Source: Candidatus Absconditicoccus praedator (GTDB taxonomy: Bacteria > Patescibacteriota > Gracilibacteria > Absconditabacterales > Absconditicoccaceae). Taken from it: a DNA stretch of 32,000 nt. The notes beneath the pieces are model-generated. The model was not told where the DNA came from. It saw only the letters and a list, made by a program, of their open reading frames with translations, and ran no database searches. Below are positions 1 through 10,450 of the stretch, one piece after another. Each line of letters starts with the position of its first letter. The stretch's first letter is position 1. The stretch is from contig NZ_CP054059.1 in NCBI RefSeq assembly GCF_021057185.1, forward strand, positions 1,020,001 to 1,052,000. Reading direction: 5' to 3'. The position numbers and the translations under genes were made by a program.

Positions 1-886
1 AAACTAAAGCAAAAAACAAAACATAAGACAACAGTTCAAAAAACATCAATCATGTATTATCATACATAACCATTGATGCTATTCCAACTGCAGCTATTGG
101 GAAAGTATATGCCCACCAAGAAAGATAAAAGTTTATTTTCATAAAAATTTTTGACTGAAAAATCAATAACATCAAAAAAAACAAAGAAATATAATAAAGA
201 ATTTTTCAAAACTGATCAATTTGTCACACCAGCTCATACCATGATACAAAACCAACTGCAGGTGGCGCTATTAGTATAAACAAAGTTGGAAGAAGTTTTT
301 CCGGGATTGGTGGATAAAATATAATACGATTAAAAAAGATTACCAACAAAACAAGCCAAAAAACAATTCAAATAGAAAAGAAAAACCAAGATATTTCCAA
401 TCAAAGATAGGAAACTCACACTATTGGAATCAATATATTACCTACTACAGGTATAAACCATGCTGGACTCATATGTGTAACTTCAAATTTGGTATCATGC
501 ATCCATAAAGATATAATAAAAAATGTGATAAAAAGATGCAACACACTTCAAACCCACAATAATATATGTGCTAAAAGATCATTAATACCATCAAATCCCA
601 CACTTAAAAGTATAAAACTTATAGAAACAGCCCCAAAAAAACTTATTTTTATTGGATGATTAATCTCAGACAACACCTGTTGTTTATAAAAAACAAACTT
701 TAACAAATAAACAACCAAAAACAAAACAAACAAGGCAACAACAATCATCAACAAATAAAAATCTATCATCTGAGGAAATCACAAAACTTCTTGACCTTTT
801 TGAATAGACATTATCAATCCTGAAAGTCACATAACCACCGCAAAAAATGGTACAGGAAAAAACTTCAATCTACTATCTTTTTCCAT
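1..886 (-). CDS. TehA/SLAC1-type (TDT family) anion/dicarboxylate transporter, 3' end beyond window
   Basis: ATG at 886..884. Table-25 translation is MEKDSRLKFFPVPFFAVVMGLSGLIMSIQ..., followed by polytopic hydrophobic segments and ...SWWAYTFPIAAVG... near the window edge, both typical of TDT-family channels. In-frame TGA (e.g. 550..548, 52..50) reads as Gly. No TAA/TAG in frame down to base 2. Confidence 0.7.
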
Positions 887-1101
887 AACAACAATTTAAT
901 ATCTAAATTAAAAAACTTATAAGTTCGTCTTAGTATAATCGCCTACAGATAGTTCTTTTAATAAAAACAAAACTATCAACTAATCTTTTTAGTGACAAAA
1001 AAATATTTTTTTATTTCTAATATAAAATAGATTTTATTAAAGAAGTTGAAAAAAACTAAGTTTTATTTATAAAAAAACATATTTAAAAAACTTATCAAAC
1101 C

Positions 1102-2061
1102 ATGAAAATAACCATAACAAGTGAAGAAGCTTGACAAAGATTTGATAGATTTCTTAGAAAATATCTTAAAAATTATGATATTACTCTTTCACAAATTTTT
1201 CAACTTATTAGAAAATGAAAAACAAAAGTAAACAACCAAAAAAAACCAAACAACTACAAAATAAATATTTGAGATCAAATATATATTCATCCAGAAATCA
1301 AAAAACTCAATCAAACAAAGCAAGAAAAAGTTAAAAACATAAATCAAACTTATATAAAACAATTAATCATATACGAGGATATTAATTGGATTTTTTTCAA
1401 CAAACCAGCCAAAACACCTACCCAATCTTGAACAAAACAAGAAAACAAAATCACCATGATAGACATTCTAAGAAGATACACAACATCAAAAAGCAAAACT
1501 TTTTCACCTATGTTTTGATTTAGATTGGATATAGACACCACAGGAATAATTGTAGCAGCCAAAAATTATAATGCACTCAAATACTTAAATCATATCATCA
1601 AACAAAGACAAACAGACAAAAAATATATTGCTATACTAAGTTGACATTTGGATGAAAAAATTACAGTCAAAAAAAACCTGTATAGAAAATACGACAAAAA
1701 AGTTTGAAAAGATCTAAGTTTTCCTGATGACAACTGAGATTATGCCAAAAGCATATTTGAACCAATCCAAAATCAACAAATTTACTGAGAAAACATCACA
1801 TTGGCTAAAGTAAAAATCATAACTTGAAGAATGCACCAAATAAGAGCTCATGCAAAATATATTTGAACACCTATAATTTGAGACTTATTATACTGAGAAC
1901 AAGCTACAAATAATCTGTTCCTAAAAAAACTTGGTATCAATAGACAACTTTTGCATTGTTATAAATATTCATTTTATGACAAATTCCAGGGCAAACAAAT
2001 ATCCATAAAATCCAACTATCCAAAAGACTTCGAAAAACTTTTTAAAACTTATGAAGAGTAA
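1102..2061 (+). CDS. RluA-family 23S rRNA/tRNA pseudouridine synthase (RluD/RluC-like)
   Basis: Continuous frame 1102..2061 ending in TAA once TGA=Gly. Catalytic motif GFRLDIDTTG. GRMHQIRAH motif with its Gly encoded by TGA at 1825..1827. GDLLYG motif with both Gly encoded by TGA. Confidence 0.88.
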
Positions 2062-2065
2062 TATT

Positions 2066-3031
2066 ATGCCAAACCCGATACTTCTTGAATCATACAACAA
2101 AATCAGTGAAGACAACAAACTTATTAGATTGGCAACTGTTACTACTATAATTTATTCTATAATTTTTGTTGTTTATGTGATTTACCAATTGTATTATATA
2201 GTTTCTGAATGAGCTGCTCAAGCAGAAACTATGGACATAGCTTTTGAATATATACAATTTTTTATGGACAACATCCAGTTTGCATGAGTTATAGTAACAT
2301 TAATAATCACTCTGGCTGTATGATACTTTCTATTGCCTCCCATAGCAGATTGAGCACTAATATCATATCTGAACAATCCTGAAAAATGATGAAAATCTTC
2401 TATATGAAAATGATTATTGAATTTTTTCCCTATGTTTGAATACAACAGTATGATGAGTGTGGTAAACTATTTGATTTTTTTCATCGCTGTTACTAGGTTG
2501 TGGGACATGGGCATATTAGAAAACACATTTGTACAAGTTGTAATTCTAATATGGGCTTTTATAATATTTTTTTCAACTATTTTTTTTCACTATTCAAAAT
2601 TTCTAATAATTATCGAATGATACTGACCGGTTGATGCTATCAAAAAAAGTATAGCATTAACACTTGAAAATTTTGGTATCACTCTAAAGTTTGTACTTAT
2701 GAACTATTTTTTATATATAAGATTCCTACTTAATATTGTAATAATAGTGATAATTCCATGGATTTTTATTTGGATATTTTATACATTATGAATTGATGAT
2801 ATCCAAATCATACAGTATTCTATGTATATTATCTTTTGAATTCTTATATTACTCACAGCATATATCAACTGAATCATAGAAGCTTTTTTTACTACTTATT
2901 GGTATAAAGTATACAAAACAATTACAAAGAATGAAGATAGCCAAGACAAAGACTCAAAGGAGACAAGCAAAGATGAAGATACCATTACACAACAAAACAC
3001 AAACACACAAGATAATGAAGAAAATATCTAG
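2066..3031 (+). CDS. hypothetical polytopic membrane protein with acidic/polar C-terminal tail
   Basis: ATG at 2066, 4 nt after the rluA-like stop. 321 codons ending in TAG at 3029. Several long hydrophobic stretches (IIYSIIFVVYVIY, VVILIWAFIIFFSTIFF, IVIIVIIPWIFIWIFY). Tail is KNEDSQDKDSKETSKDEDT... No family recognised. Confidence 0.6.
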
Positions 3032-3105
3032 TTTTGTATATTATTTTGAAAATTAGCAAAATCATTATAATAAACCTCCCCTTCAAACTTCCAATGAATA
3101 CTTTA

Positions 3106-3132
3106 GGGGGTGACCCTAGTCTTGTCCGAAAC
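3106..3132. repeat. IS left inverted repeat (GGGGGTGACCCTAGTCTTGTCCGAAAC)
   Basis: Matches the reverse complement of 4381..4407 at 23 of 27 positions by direct comparison. Confidence 0.75.
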
Positions 3133-3194
3133 ATTGATTTTATTATAAAAAAAGCTATAAGTATAGCATTTAAAATAATAAAATATATTTAAAT

Positions 3195-4376
3195 ATGGAA
3201 GGAATTAATGTAAAACAGATATTAGAAATAATACCTGATGAATTTATAGAAAAATTAGAAAAAAACTGTAATATAAATCATCAAGTTAAAAAAATGAGTT
3301 GAAAGGTAATGTTTAAACTGTTATTAATGTGAATATTAGATTGAGATAATTTAACACAAAGAACATTAGCATCAATATATAACAGTCCTGAATTTACTCA
3401 ATATGCAGATAAATGAGAACAACAAACAAGACATACAACTATAAGTGATAGACTTATAAACATGGATTATAAATTCTTTGAGAAATTGTTTGAAGAAATA
3501 AGTAAAAAGTTTGAAAAAGTATTAAAAATATGAGCAACAAAAATGAAGGTGGTGCTAAAGAGATTTGATTCTACATTAGTTTGAATATCAGAAAAACTAC
3601 TTAAGTTTTGAATAAAAGCATGAAGTCCAGATGAAAGACATATAAAATTTACAGTCTGATTAAAGTGATTGTTGCCAAATAAAGTTTCAGTTTATGAAGA
3701 GCAAAAAGCAAGTAGTGAAGATGTAGCATTATGAGAAACTATTTTACAAGAGACAACATCTAAAAATCAAATATTATTATTTGATAGATGAGTTCAAAAA
3801 AGAGAAACTTATTCAAAGCTAATAGATAAAAATACAAATTTTGTAAGTAGATTAAGACAAAATACTAAGTATCAAGTTATAAGACAAAATAAAGAAGTAG
3901 AATGAATAAAAGTATGAAATTTAGTGTTAGAATGTGATGAAATAGTAAAATTATATTGAAAATGATGAGATATATTAGAAAAAGAATTAAGATTAATAAA
4001 AGCAATAAATCAAAAAAATGAAGTATTTTTATTTATAACAAATATGTATAATTTCACAGCAGAAGAAATAACAGAATTTTATGCAAGGAGATGGGATATA
4101 GAAGTATTTTTTAGATTTATAAAACAAGAATTTTGATTTAGTCATTTTGTATCAAGATCAAAGAATTGAATAATGAATATGCTATATATGACACTAATAA
4201 CATCAATACTTGTAATAGTATATAAATCAAAAAACAGTATAAAATCCTACAAAGAAGCTAAAAGAAGATTTATTGCTGAATTAGATGAATTAATTTTAAT
4301 TGAGCTAGCAATAGCAATCTGAGGAGATGTTGATCTTCTTAAAAAGAAATATTTAAATTATTATAAATACTCTTAA
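3195..4376 (+). CDS. DDE transposase (DDE_Tnp_1, IS4/IS5 superfamily)
   Basis: 393 codons from ATG 3195 to TAA 4374. The C-terminal signature YARRWDIEVFFRFIKQEF is the Y-x2-R-x3-E-x6-K motif of IS4/IS5 DDE transposases. By my reading about 20 in-frame TGA codons are read as Gly. Confidence 0.85.
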
Positions 4377-4380
4377 TAAG

Positions 4381-4407
4381 GTTTCGGACAAGACTGGGGT
4401 AGCCCCT
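4381..4407. repeat. IS right inverted repeat (GTTTCGGACAAGACTGGGGTAGCCCCT)
   Basis: Reverse complement matches 3106..3132 at 23 of 27 positions. Begins 5 nt after the transposase stop codon. Confidence 0.75.
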
Positions 4408-4543
4408 CCAAAAGATTGTAACAAAAGGGATGGAGTACCCCCACTCCTAAAGATTGTAACAAAAGGGATGGAGTATTCTACTCTTACGGTTTGTTACCAA
4501 AAGGATGGAGTAAAGCACTATTTTTGTAACAATCTTTGAGAGG
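4405..4543. repeat. Three tandem 37-38-bp units closed by an inverted copy of the unit start (palindromic repeat module, MITE/REP-like or extended IS end)
   Basis: Units start at 4406, 4444 and 4481. A 27-nt core AAAGATTGTAACAAAAGGGATGGAGTA is identical at 4411..4437 and 4449..4475, and the third unit is degenerate. Unit junctions form short hairpins (GGAGTAcccccACTCC). The reverse complement of 4521..4543 matches 4405..4427 at 19/23. Confidence 0.7.
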
Positions 4544-4548
4544 TTTTC

Positions 4549-4577
4549 TTGAAATATTTTTTTTGATGTTGTATAAT
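4549..4577 (+). promoter_or_regulatory. sigma70-like promoter (TTGAAA-17 nt-TATAAT) for the 4635 gene
   Basis: TTGAAA at 4549..4554, a 17-nt spacer, and TATAAT at 4572..4577, 58 nt upstream of ATG 4635. Confidence 0.5.
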
Positions 4578-4634
4578 AATTAATAACTACTTTTTGATAA
4601 AATATATTTATTTTATCTCATAAACAAAAACAAA

Positions 4635-5246
4635 ATGTCCAAACTTCCTACAAAACTACAAACAAAAAAAGAGGATACAGAAACCCTGATAAATCTTCTA
4701 CAAGACCAAAAAGATAATTATTGAGATGAACAACTAATATTCCAAGCTCAACCTGATTTGATAGATCAACTACAGTATATGAAAAATGAAATTCTCAAAT
4801 GAGCAGAAGATTTGGATATCAAAGAGTCTGAAACTGATACTAGTAGACAAGAGCTTTGGAAAACACTAATTGATTTTGTTAACAGATTAAAAAACTATTA
4901 TAAAATCACCACAGAAAATTCAGAACTTCCCGAATGGATGTATTTCAAACCTCAAACAAATGAAACAGGCAAGGAGTTCCTCCAAAATTTTTTTGACAAA
5001 ATAGAAGAGGAGTTGTCCCAAGATTTCAGGGATTGATTTGATGAGATTTCAAACATTAGCATACAGGAAGCCAAGGATAGTTTTGAAGACTGGGAAAAAC
5101 AACAAAAATGAAAAGACTGGGATATGTATATAGAAAAAAGAAGAAATCTATCAAGATTGAACAATTATATCAAAATGGCTTTGATGATGACTGGTATGAC
5201 CAGATTTGAGATAAGAGCTTATTTGTATGATGAGGAGGAGTGATAG
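4635..5246 (+). CDS. hypothetical protein (acidic, helical, no recognised domain)
   Basis: 203 codons from ATG 4635 to TAG 5244. It joins track ORF 4812..5036 to flanking segments through in-frame TGA codons. No TAA/TAG in frame (checked codon by codon). Confidence 0.6.
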
Positions 5247-5391
5247 GTTTGATTAACTCAAAACATTACTTGCATTTTTTGGAAAATAAATTATAAAATA
5301 TTCATCTATTTTTGTTGGAAAACTGATTAACTTCAAGTTTTTATGATGATAATATGGTTTAGGATTTTTAACTATAATTAGTATACAAAAA

Positions 5392-6453
5392 ATGAGTAAA
5401 AACTTAGAGAACAATACAAACAATACAAATGCTACTATAAAACAAAGATTATCTAATGTACCAAAAAAAGTTTCAGAAAAACTATCTTGTATTTTAGATC
5501 CAGTTAAATCTAGAACATTGAGTAAAAGAAATACATGAGAAGCTTTGACCAAAGAAGAGTATAATAAAGTTTTGGAAGAAAATTTATGATTTGAAGGGTT
5601 TTGTATAAATATAAACTCTATGGAAGATGATTTTGAAAAATCCGGTAATAAATCTGAAAAACTACTAAGAAATAGGGATTTTTCATGAGCAATATTTGAT
5701 TTAACTGAAAAAGAAGCTGTTGAATACAGATTTGAGAAATGTAGCTTTAAAAATGCTTACTTTAAAAATATAGATTTATATAATATAAGTTTTGTAGATT
5801 GTTTCCTTGATGATATAACTATTGAAAATATTTCTGTAAAAGATAGTTGTACTTTATCTAATTGTAGTGTAACTTATATTCATAGACCATTTGATGATTC
5901 TGGTATAAATGATTTTTTCTCTGAAAGATCTTCTATTGTTGTGAATAACGAAACAGCTAAGTCGTGAAGTTGTTCTCCTAGTTATAAATTTGAATTAATG
6001 GACTCTATTGGTCCTAAAGCAAATAAAATATGAATCATAGTAGTTTATGATAAAGATAAAAAAGAAAAAAAACAACTAAAAGTATTGTTTAGAAAAACAA
6101 GAGAACTATTGTCGGTTATCTTTTTGGAAAATTATCAGGTTTGAAGCAAATTTCTACAACAGAATATGATATATACTTTTGATAATATTAGACAGAAGGG
6201 TAAATCAAATAATGATATTAGTAAAGATTCAATTAGAGAAAAAAATTATCTAAGGTATGATTTATTGAGTCAGTTGGAATCTCCTAAAAATAATCATTTT
6301 CCACAGGATGAAAATGGACACTTGGTTATAGATGCTACTAACTGAATTTATAAGTCTGAGTTAGTATTTAAGCTGGTAAGACCGGTTTTCACAGAGTCTG
6401 AGTCATTCAAAGAAAATTTTGAACAAGAACTTGAAAACCTTAATTATAGATAA
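5392..6453 (+). CDS. hypothetical protein with a pentapeptide-repeat segment
   Basis: 353 codons from ATG 5392 to TAA 6451, checked codon by codon. The central run CSFKN AYFKN IDLYN ISFVD CFLDD ITIEN ISVKD has a 5-residue periodicity with a central F/L/I, as in pentapeptide-repeat beta-helices. The rest is unrecognised. Confidence 0.6.
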
Positions 6454-6577
6454 AATATTTTGCCTGGCTTTATTTCAAATCAAAATTAATTAAACTATGT
6501 TATAACAAAGTTTGAATAGATTAGATCAAGAAGTTATTTGGAAAATTCTTCTAAATTTATTCCATAAAAATCTCAAA

Positions 6578-7324
6578 ATGTGAAAAATAGTAGCTATCGG
6601 AGGATGAGAAATCAAAAACCACGAAACACTTACTTTTGACAAAAGAGTAGTAGAGCTAACCAATAAAACAAACCCCAAAGCACTGTTTATCCCAACTGCA
6701 AGCAAGGAAGCTACTTGATATATAGAAACCTTCAAGAATATTTACTGACACCATCTTGGCTGTAATCCAGATGTTTTGTATCTTTTGAGTAAAAAACCTG
6801 ATTTTGAAGAGATTAAAGAAAAAATTTTATGAAGTGATCTTATTTATGTTTGATGAGGAAACACCTTGAAAATGATGAAAAAGTGGCGCAAACTTTGAGT
6901 TGATAAGCTTTTAGAACAAGCTCATCAGAATTGAACAGTCCTTTCCGGCCTAAGTGCTGGTAGTATATGCTGGTTTGAAGCAGGACACAGTGATTCAATG
7001 TCTTTTAAATCAGAAGATAACCGAAAATATATCAAAGTAAGATGACTTGGTTTGCTTAAATGAATACATTGTCCTCATTTTTCCAACCAAGAAAGAATAA
7101 AAGATTTCGAAGAATTCATAAAAAAATACAAAGATATTTGAATAGCCATATCAGATAACTGTGCTATAGAATTTATAGACAACAAATTCAAAGTTTTATC
7201 AGATAGTGAAGAAAACAAAGCTTATAAAGTATTTTACAACAAAAAACAAAAACAAGTAATTAAAAAAGAAATACCTAAATTCAGGGAATTTATAGATATT
7301 TCTTTTTTGTATGATAATAATTAA
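6578..7324 (+). CDS. S51 family peptidase (dipeptidase E / cyanophycinase-like)
   Basis: The protein begins MGKIVAIGGGE. It contains LIYVGGGNTLKMMKKW and the nucleophile-elbow motif LSGLSAGSICW, followed by GHSDS. Several of these Gly are TGA. Ends in TAA at 7322. Confidence 0.82.
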
Positions 7325-7362
7325 TAATTTTTTGTGTACAAATTAAATTTTCTGATATAATC

Positions 7363-7710
7363 TTACTGATTTTCACTGTTTTGTGTGTCTTGATGGTCGT
7401 TGTTTGTTTCTGATTCAGTATCAGTTGGTTCTTCTTCTTGTTCAGGCTGATCCAAATCCAGTTCTTCATCTTGATCTATATCTACTTCACCATCTATTTC
7501 TCCTGGGTCTAAATCATCTATTTCTAATTCTTCTCATGGTTCAAACTCTATTTCTTCTCATGGTTCAAACTCTATTTCTTGTTGTTCTTGAGGTTGTTGA
7601 GAATCATCAAAAAGATATATTAATCAAGATCACAACAATCAAAATATCAATATCATTATAGTAAATGCTATAAATATTATAAGTATTTTATTTTTTTTCT
7701 TTCTTGCCAT
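7363..7710 (-). CDS. small N-terminally anchored, extremely acidic protein with an internal tandem duplication
   Basis: ATG 7710..7708, TAA 7365..7363, 115 codons. The protein begins MARKKKNKILIIFIAFTIMILIFGLLGSGLIYLF (a TM segment) and continues with an E/D/Q-rich tail. It contains a perfect 24-bp tandem repeat. The track ORF 7383..7661 (+) is its antisense shadow. Confidence 0.6.
7531..7578. repeat. Perfect 24-bp tandem duplication (2 units) inside the acidic-protein gene
   Basis: TTCTCATGGTTCAAACTCTATTTC occurs at 7531..7554 and again at 7555..7578. It encodes EEIEFEPG twice on the minus strand, with Gly = TGA. Confidence 0.95.
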
Positions 7711-7726
7711 TTTGTAATATTAAGTT

Positions 7727-8530
7727 TTAAATTTGATTTACTTTGCTTTTTGCAAGTTCATTTGTCTGGTCTGATTCAAGTACTTTGAAGTAATATTTTT
7801 TAGCCTCATTTTTGTCTCCAATTTCTTCCAAAAGACTTGCAATAGCCAAAAGATAATTTATGTTGTGAGGTCTTAGCTTTACAGCATTTTCCATATAATT
7901 AATAGACTCTTCTATATCATCAAGACTGTACATTATTTCTGCCATACTTACATGATATTTGGGATTGTCATTTTTCAAAAGAATTGCTTTGTTTATTAGT
8001 AGTTTTGCAGTTTGGAAGTCTTCTTTTTCAAAATAAATTTGTCATACTTGCCAGATAGCTTTGTGGTCGTTTGCATCTTTTTCCAAAACTTTTTTCAATA
8101 ATGGTAATGCTTTTTTGTTGTTTCCTAGGGAAAAATATAGATCCGATAACATTTTTAGCAAATCAATATTTTCATTATCATAAGAAAGTCATTCAATTAA
8201 TTTTTGCTCATAACTTTCAATTTGTCATTTTTCTTTTAGAAATTTTGCTTGATAAATGATTCTTTCTATTTTTTTGTTGAGTAGTTCTTGATTTTCTTTT
8301 TTGGTGTTCGGGTCTTGGGTGGATTCTTGTGAAGTGTTCTTTTGTTGATTGGACTTTTCGATAATTTCTTTTTTTATATTTTCCAAATTTTTTTTGTACT
8401 CGAATTTTTGATAAATATTTTTGATTATATGATATGCTGATAGTATATACTTCTTGACTAATAGAAAAACAGGTACAGATAATACTATAAAAGTCAAAAT
8501 CAGCCAAAGTTTAATTTCCAGTTCAAGCAT
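7727..8530 (-). CDS. TPR-repeat protein with N-terminal membrane anchor
   Basis: Track ORFs 8225..8530 and 7727..7978 are in the same frame. They are joined by TGA codons only (8227..8225, 8191..8189, 8044..8042), checked codon by codon. TPR-like helices include DLYFSLGNNKKALPLLKKVLEKD, IWQVGQIYFEKEDFQTA and AIASLLEEIGDKNEAKKYYFKVLE. Confidence 0.8.
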
Positions 8531-8688
8531 AAAAAAAATTATTTTCTAAATCATCACAAATATATATTGATTTTTTGGATAAATTCAATAAGAAAATTAT
8601 AAAACTAAAAACTGTTCAAAAGCTTTAATATATCATTTTTATTGGTTTAAGAATTAATAATATTTTTATATCAACAGTATGTAATAAA

Positions 8689-9027
8689 ATGCAAAACAGA
8701 TCCGTATGATATGAATGAGAGCAAGTAGCAAAAAATCATTATGAGAATGATTGATATTTGCTTGTTGATCAAAATTTTGCTACCAATACATGAGAAATAG
8801 ATTTGATTTTACAAAAAAATAATACTTTGGTTTTTGTAGAAGTAAAAATTGTTGACTGAATAGATGATTTGCATGATTATATAACTAAAAAAAAGTTGAA
8901 ATATCTAGAAAAAACTATACAATATTACTTGCAAAAGCACTATCATCAGGGAGAAATAAGAATTGATGTAGTGTTTGTGAAAAAATGAAAAGTGTTTGAA
9001 GTGTATGAGTGAGTTGAATTAAATTAA
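8689..9027 (+). CDS. yraN: YraN family (UPF0102) endonuclease-like protein
   Basis: 112 codons. MQNRSVGYEGEQVAKNHYENDGYLLVDQNFATNTGEIDLILQKNNTLVFVEVK...RIDVVFV matches the YraN pattern (GE..A...L...GY....N.....GEIDLI......LVFVEVK ... R.DV). Conserved Gly are TGA. Confidence 0.85.
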
Positions 9028-9137
9028 ATTAAAAGTTATATTATAGTTTAAAATTTGAATTTTATACAGAAAAATTGTATATATAAAAATATATATACAT
9101 TCAACATCAATACAATTTAAATTTAAAAAATTAAAAA

Positions 9138-10433
9138 ATGGAAAAAACTAAAAAAATTATACTATTTTTTATGTGAATAATATTTTGATGAGGTATAACA
9201 TTTTTATGATATTCTTATTATCTTGATAATCATTTGTCTTCGTATACAGATACAACAGTAAGAGTTGATAGTACTAGTTTGGTACAAGATATAAAAGATA
9301 AATTCTCATCTATAGGTTGAACTTCTCAAGAAACTCTAGAAAATGAAAATGATAGATTTGATAAAATATATCAAGTATGGTCTATATTGGAGTCAGAGTA
9401 TTATCGTAGTGATGAATTAGATTTTGAAGATATGTTTGATTCTGCATTGAGAAGTTTTGTAGAAGAAACTTGAGATCCTTATAATAACTATTTATCTTCT
9501 GAAGAAAATCAGTCTTTCCAAGAATGACTAGAATGAAATCAAGATTTTGAATGAATATGAGCAGTAGTTACAAAAAGAGATAATTGAGTTATGATAGAAG
9601 AGTTGATGCCTGAGTCGCCTGCTTCAAGTGCATGATTACTGCCAATGGATATTATATTGGAGGTGGATTGAGAATCTACTTCAGACTTGTCTTTATCAGA
9701 AGCAGTAGAAAAAATTCGTTGAGAAGAATGAACAAAAGTAGAATTAAAAATATCTAGAGAAGAAGATTGAGAAAGAGAGACTTTTACAGTTGAGGTTGAA
9801 AGAGCCGAAGTGAATGTTCCATCAGTAAGGTGAGAAAAAAAAGATCTGAACTGAAACACAGCTTGATATATTCAAATATCTATCTTTTGAGAAGATACTC
9901 AGGAGGCTTTGAGTAATGTTATACAGGATTTACAAGAAGAAACTCTTGATTGAATAATACTTGATTTGAGGTGAAATTGATGAGGATTTTTGCCTATGGC
10001 AGTAGAAATAGCATCATATTTCTTGCCGGAGTGAGATACTATAGTAACTACAGATTATACTATTCAGCCTTGAGATGAGTACAACTCTAGTTGATATCAT
10101 CAGTTGCAAGACAAACCTGTAGTTATACTGGTAGATCAAATTTCGGCTTCAGCTTCAGAAATTATAGCAGCTGCCCTAAGAGAAAATTTGGATTCACAAA
10201 TAGTTTGAGAAAAAACTTTTTGAAAATGATCAATACAAACTCTTCATGATTTCCAAGATTGATCATCACTTAAATATACTATGTGAAAGCGATTTACACC
10301 TTCTTGAGAAACAGTAGAATGAGAATGATTAGAGCCAGATCATAAAGTAGAATTTGATACCGATAAATATGAAACTGAAAATGTTGATAATCAACTTGAA
10401 AAAGCAAAAGAAGTGCTTAAAGAATTATTTTAA
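9138..10433 (+). CDS. S41 carboxy-terminal processing protease (Ctp/Prc family) with PDZ domain
   Basis: 431 codons from ATG 9138 to TAA 10431. Motifs are FEGIGAVV, PASSAGLLPMDIILEVDG (PDZ), ILDLRGNGGG (9972..9986 with three TGA Gly), SASASEIIAAAL (Ser nucleophile) and GEKTFGKGSIQ (Lys). Confidence 0.92.
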
Positions 10434-10450
10434 TAACATTTAATTGGATT

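Larger units (their letters stand above)
3106..4407 (+). mobile_element. Insertion sequence, IS4/IS5-superfamily DDE type, apparently intact
   Basis: A single transposase ORF is bracketed by imperfect 27-bp terminal inverted repeats (3106..3132 versus the reverse complement of 4381..4407, 23/27 identical, with the inner 15 nt AGTCTTGTCCGAAAC perfect). Weaker inverted similarity continues outward for about 10-20 nt, so the true ends and any target-site duplication are uncertain. Confidence 0.75.

Noticed and set aside
4406-4517. The 37-38-bp direct repeats as a small CRISPR array
   Set aside because: The units abut each other with no unique spacers. There are only three copies, the third is degenerate, and an inverted copy closes the array. 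No cas genes are present in the window.
7325-7362. Bidirectional terminator between the convergent S51 peptidase and acidic-protein genes (TTTGTGTACAAA palindrome)
   Set aside because: The stem is only about 5 bp, entirely weak pairs apart from one or two, with no clear U-tract. This is too marginal to call.
8217-8507. Alternative minus-strand frame ORF (96 aa, basic) overlapping the TPR gene
   Set aside because: The neighbouring frame (8225..8530) continues through TGA codons into the TPR-repeat ORF 7727..7978 as one 267-aa protein. The alternative frame has no continuation or motif.
8574-8582. DnaA-box-like 9-mers (TTATCCAAA on the reverse strand here; TTGTCCACA at 11500..11508; TGTGGATAT within tig near 24943) as evidence for oriC
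   Set aside because: These are single, scattered 8/9 matches, two of them inside coding sequence. There is no cluster and no adjacent DNA-unwinding element, so they are compatible with chance in AT-rich DNA.
9539-9859. 106-aa minus-strand ORF, and likewise 14702..15031 (+) and 21113..21394 (-)
   Set aside because: These are antisense to the S41 protease, prfA and der respectively, all of which are strongly supported on the opposite strand.
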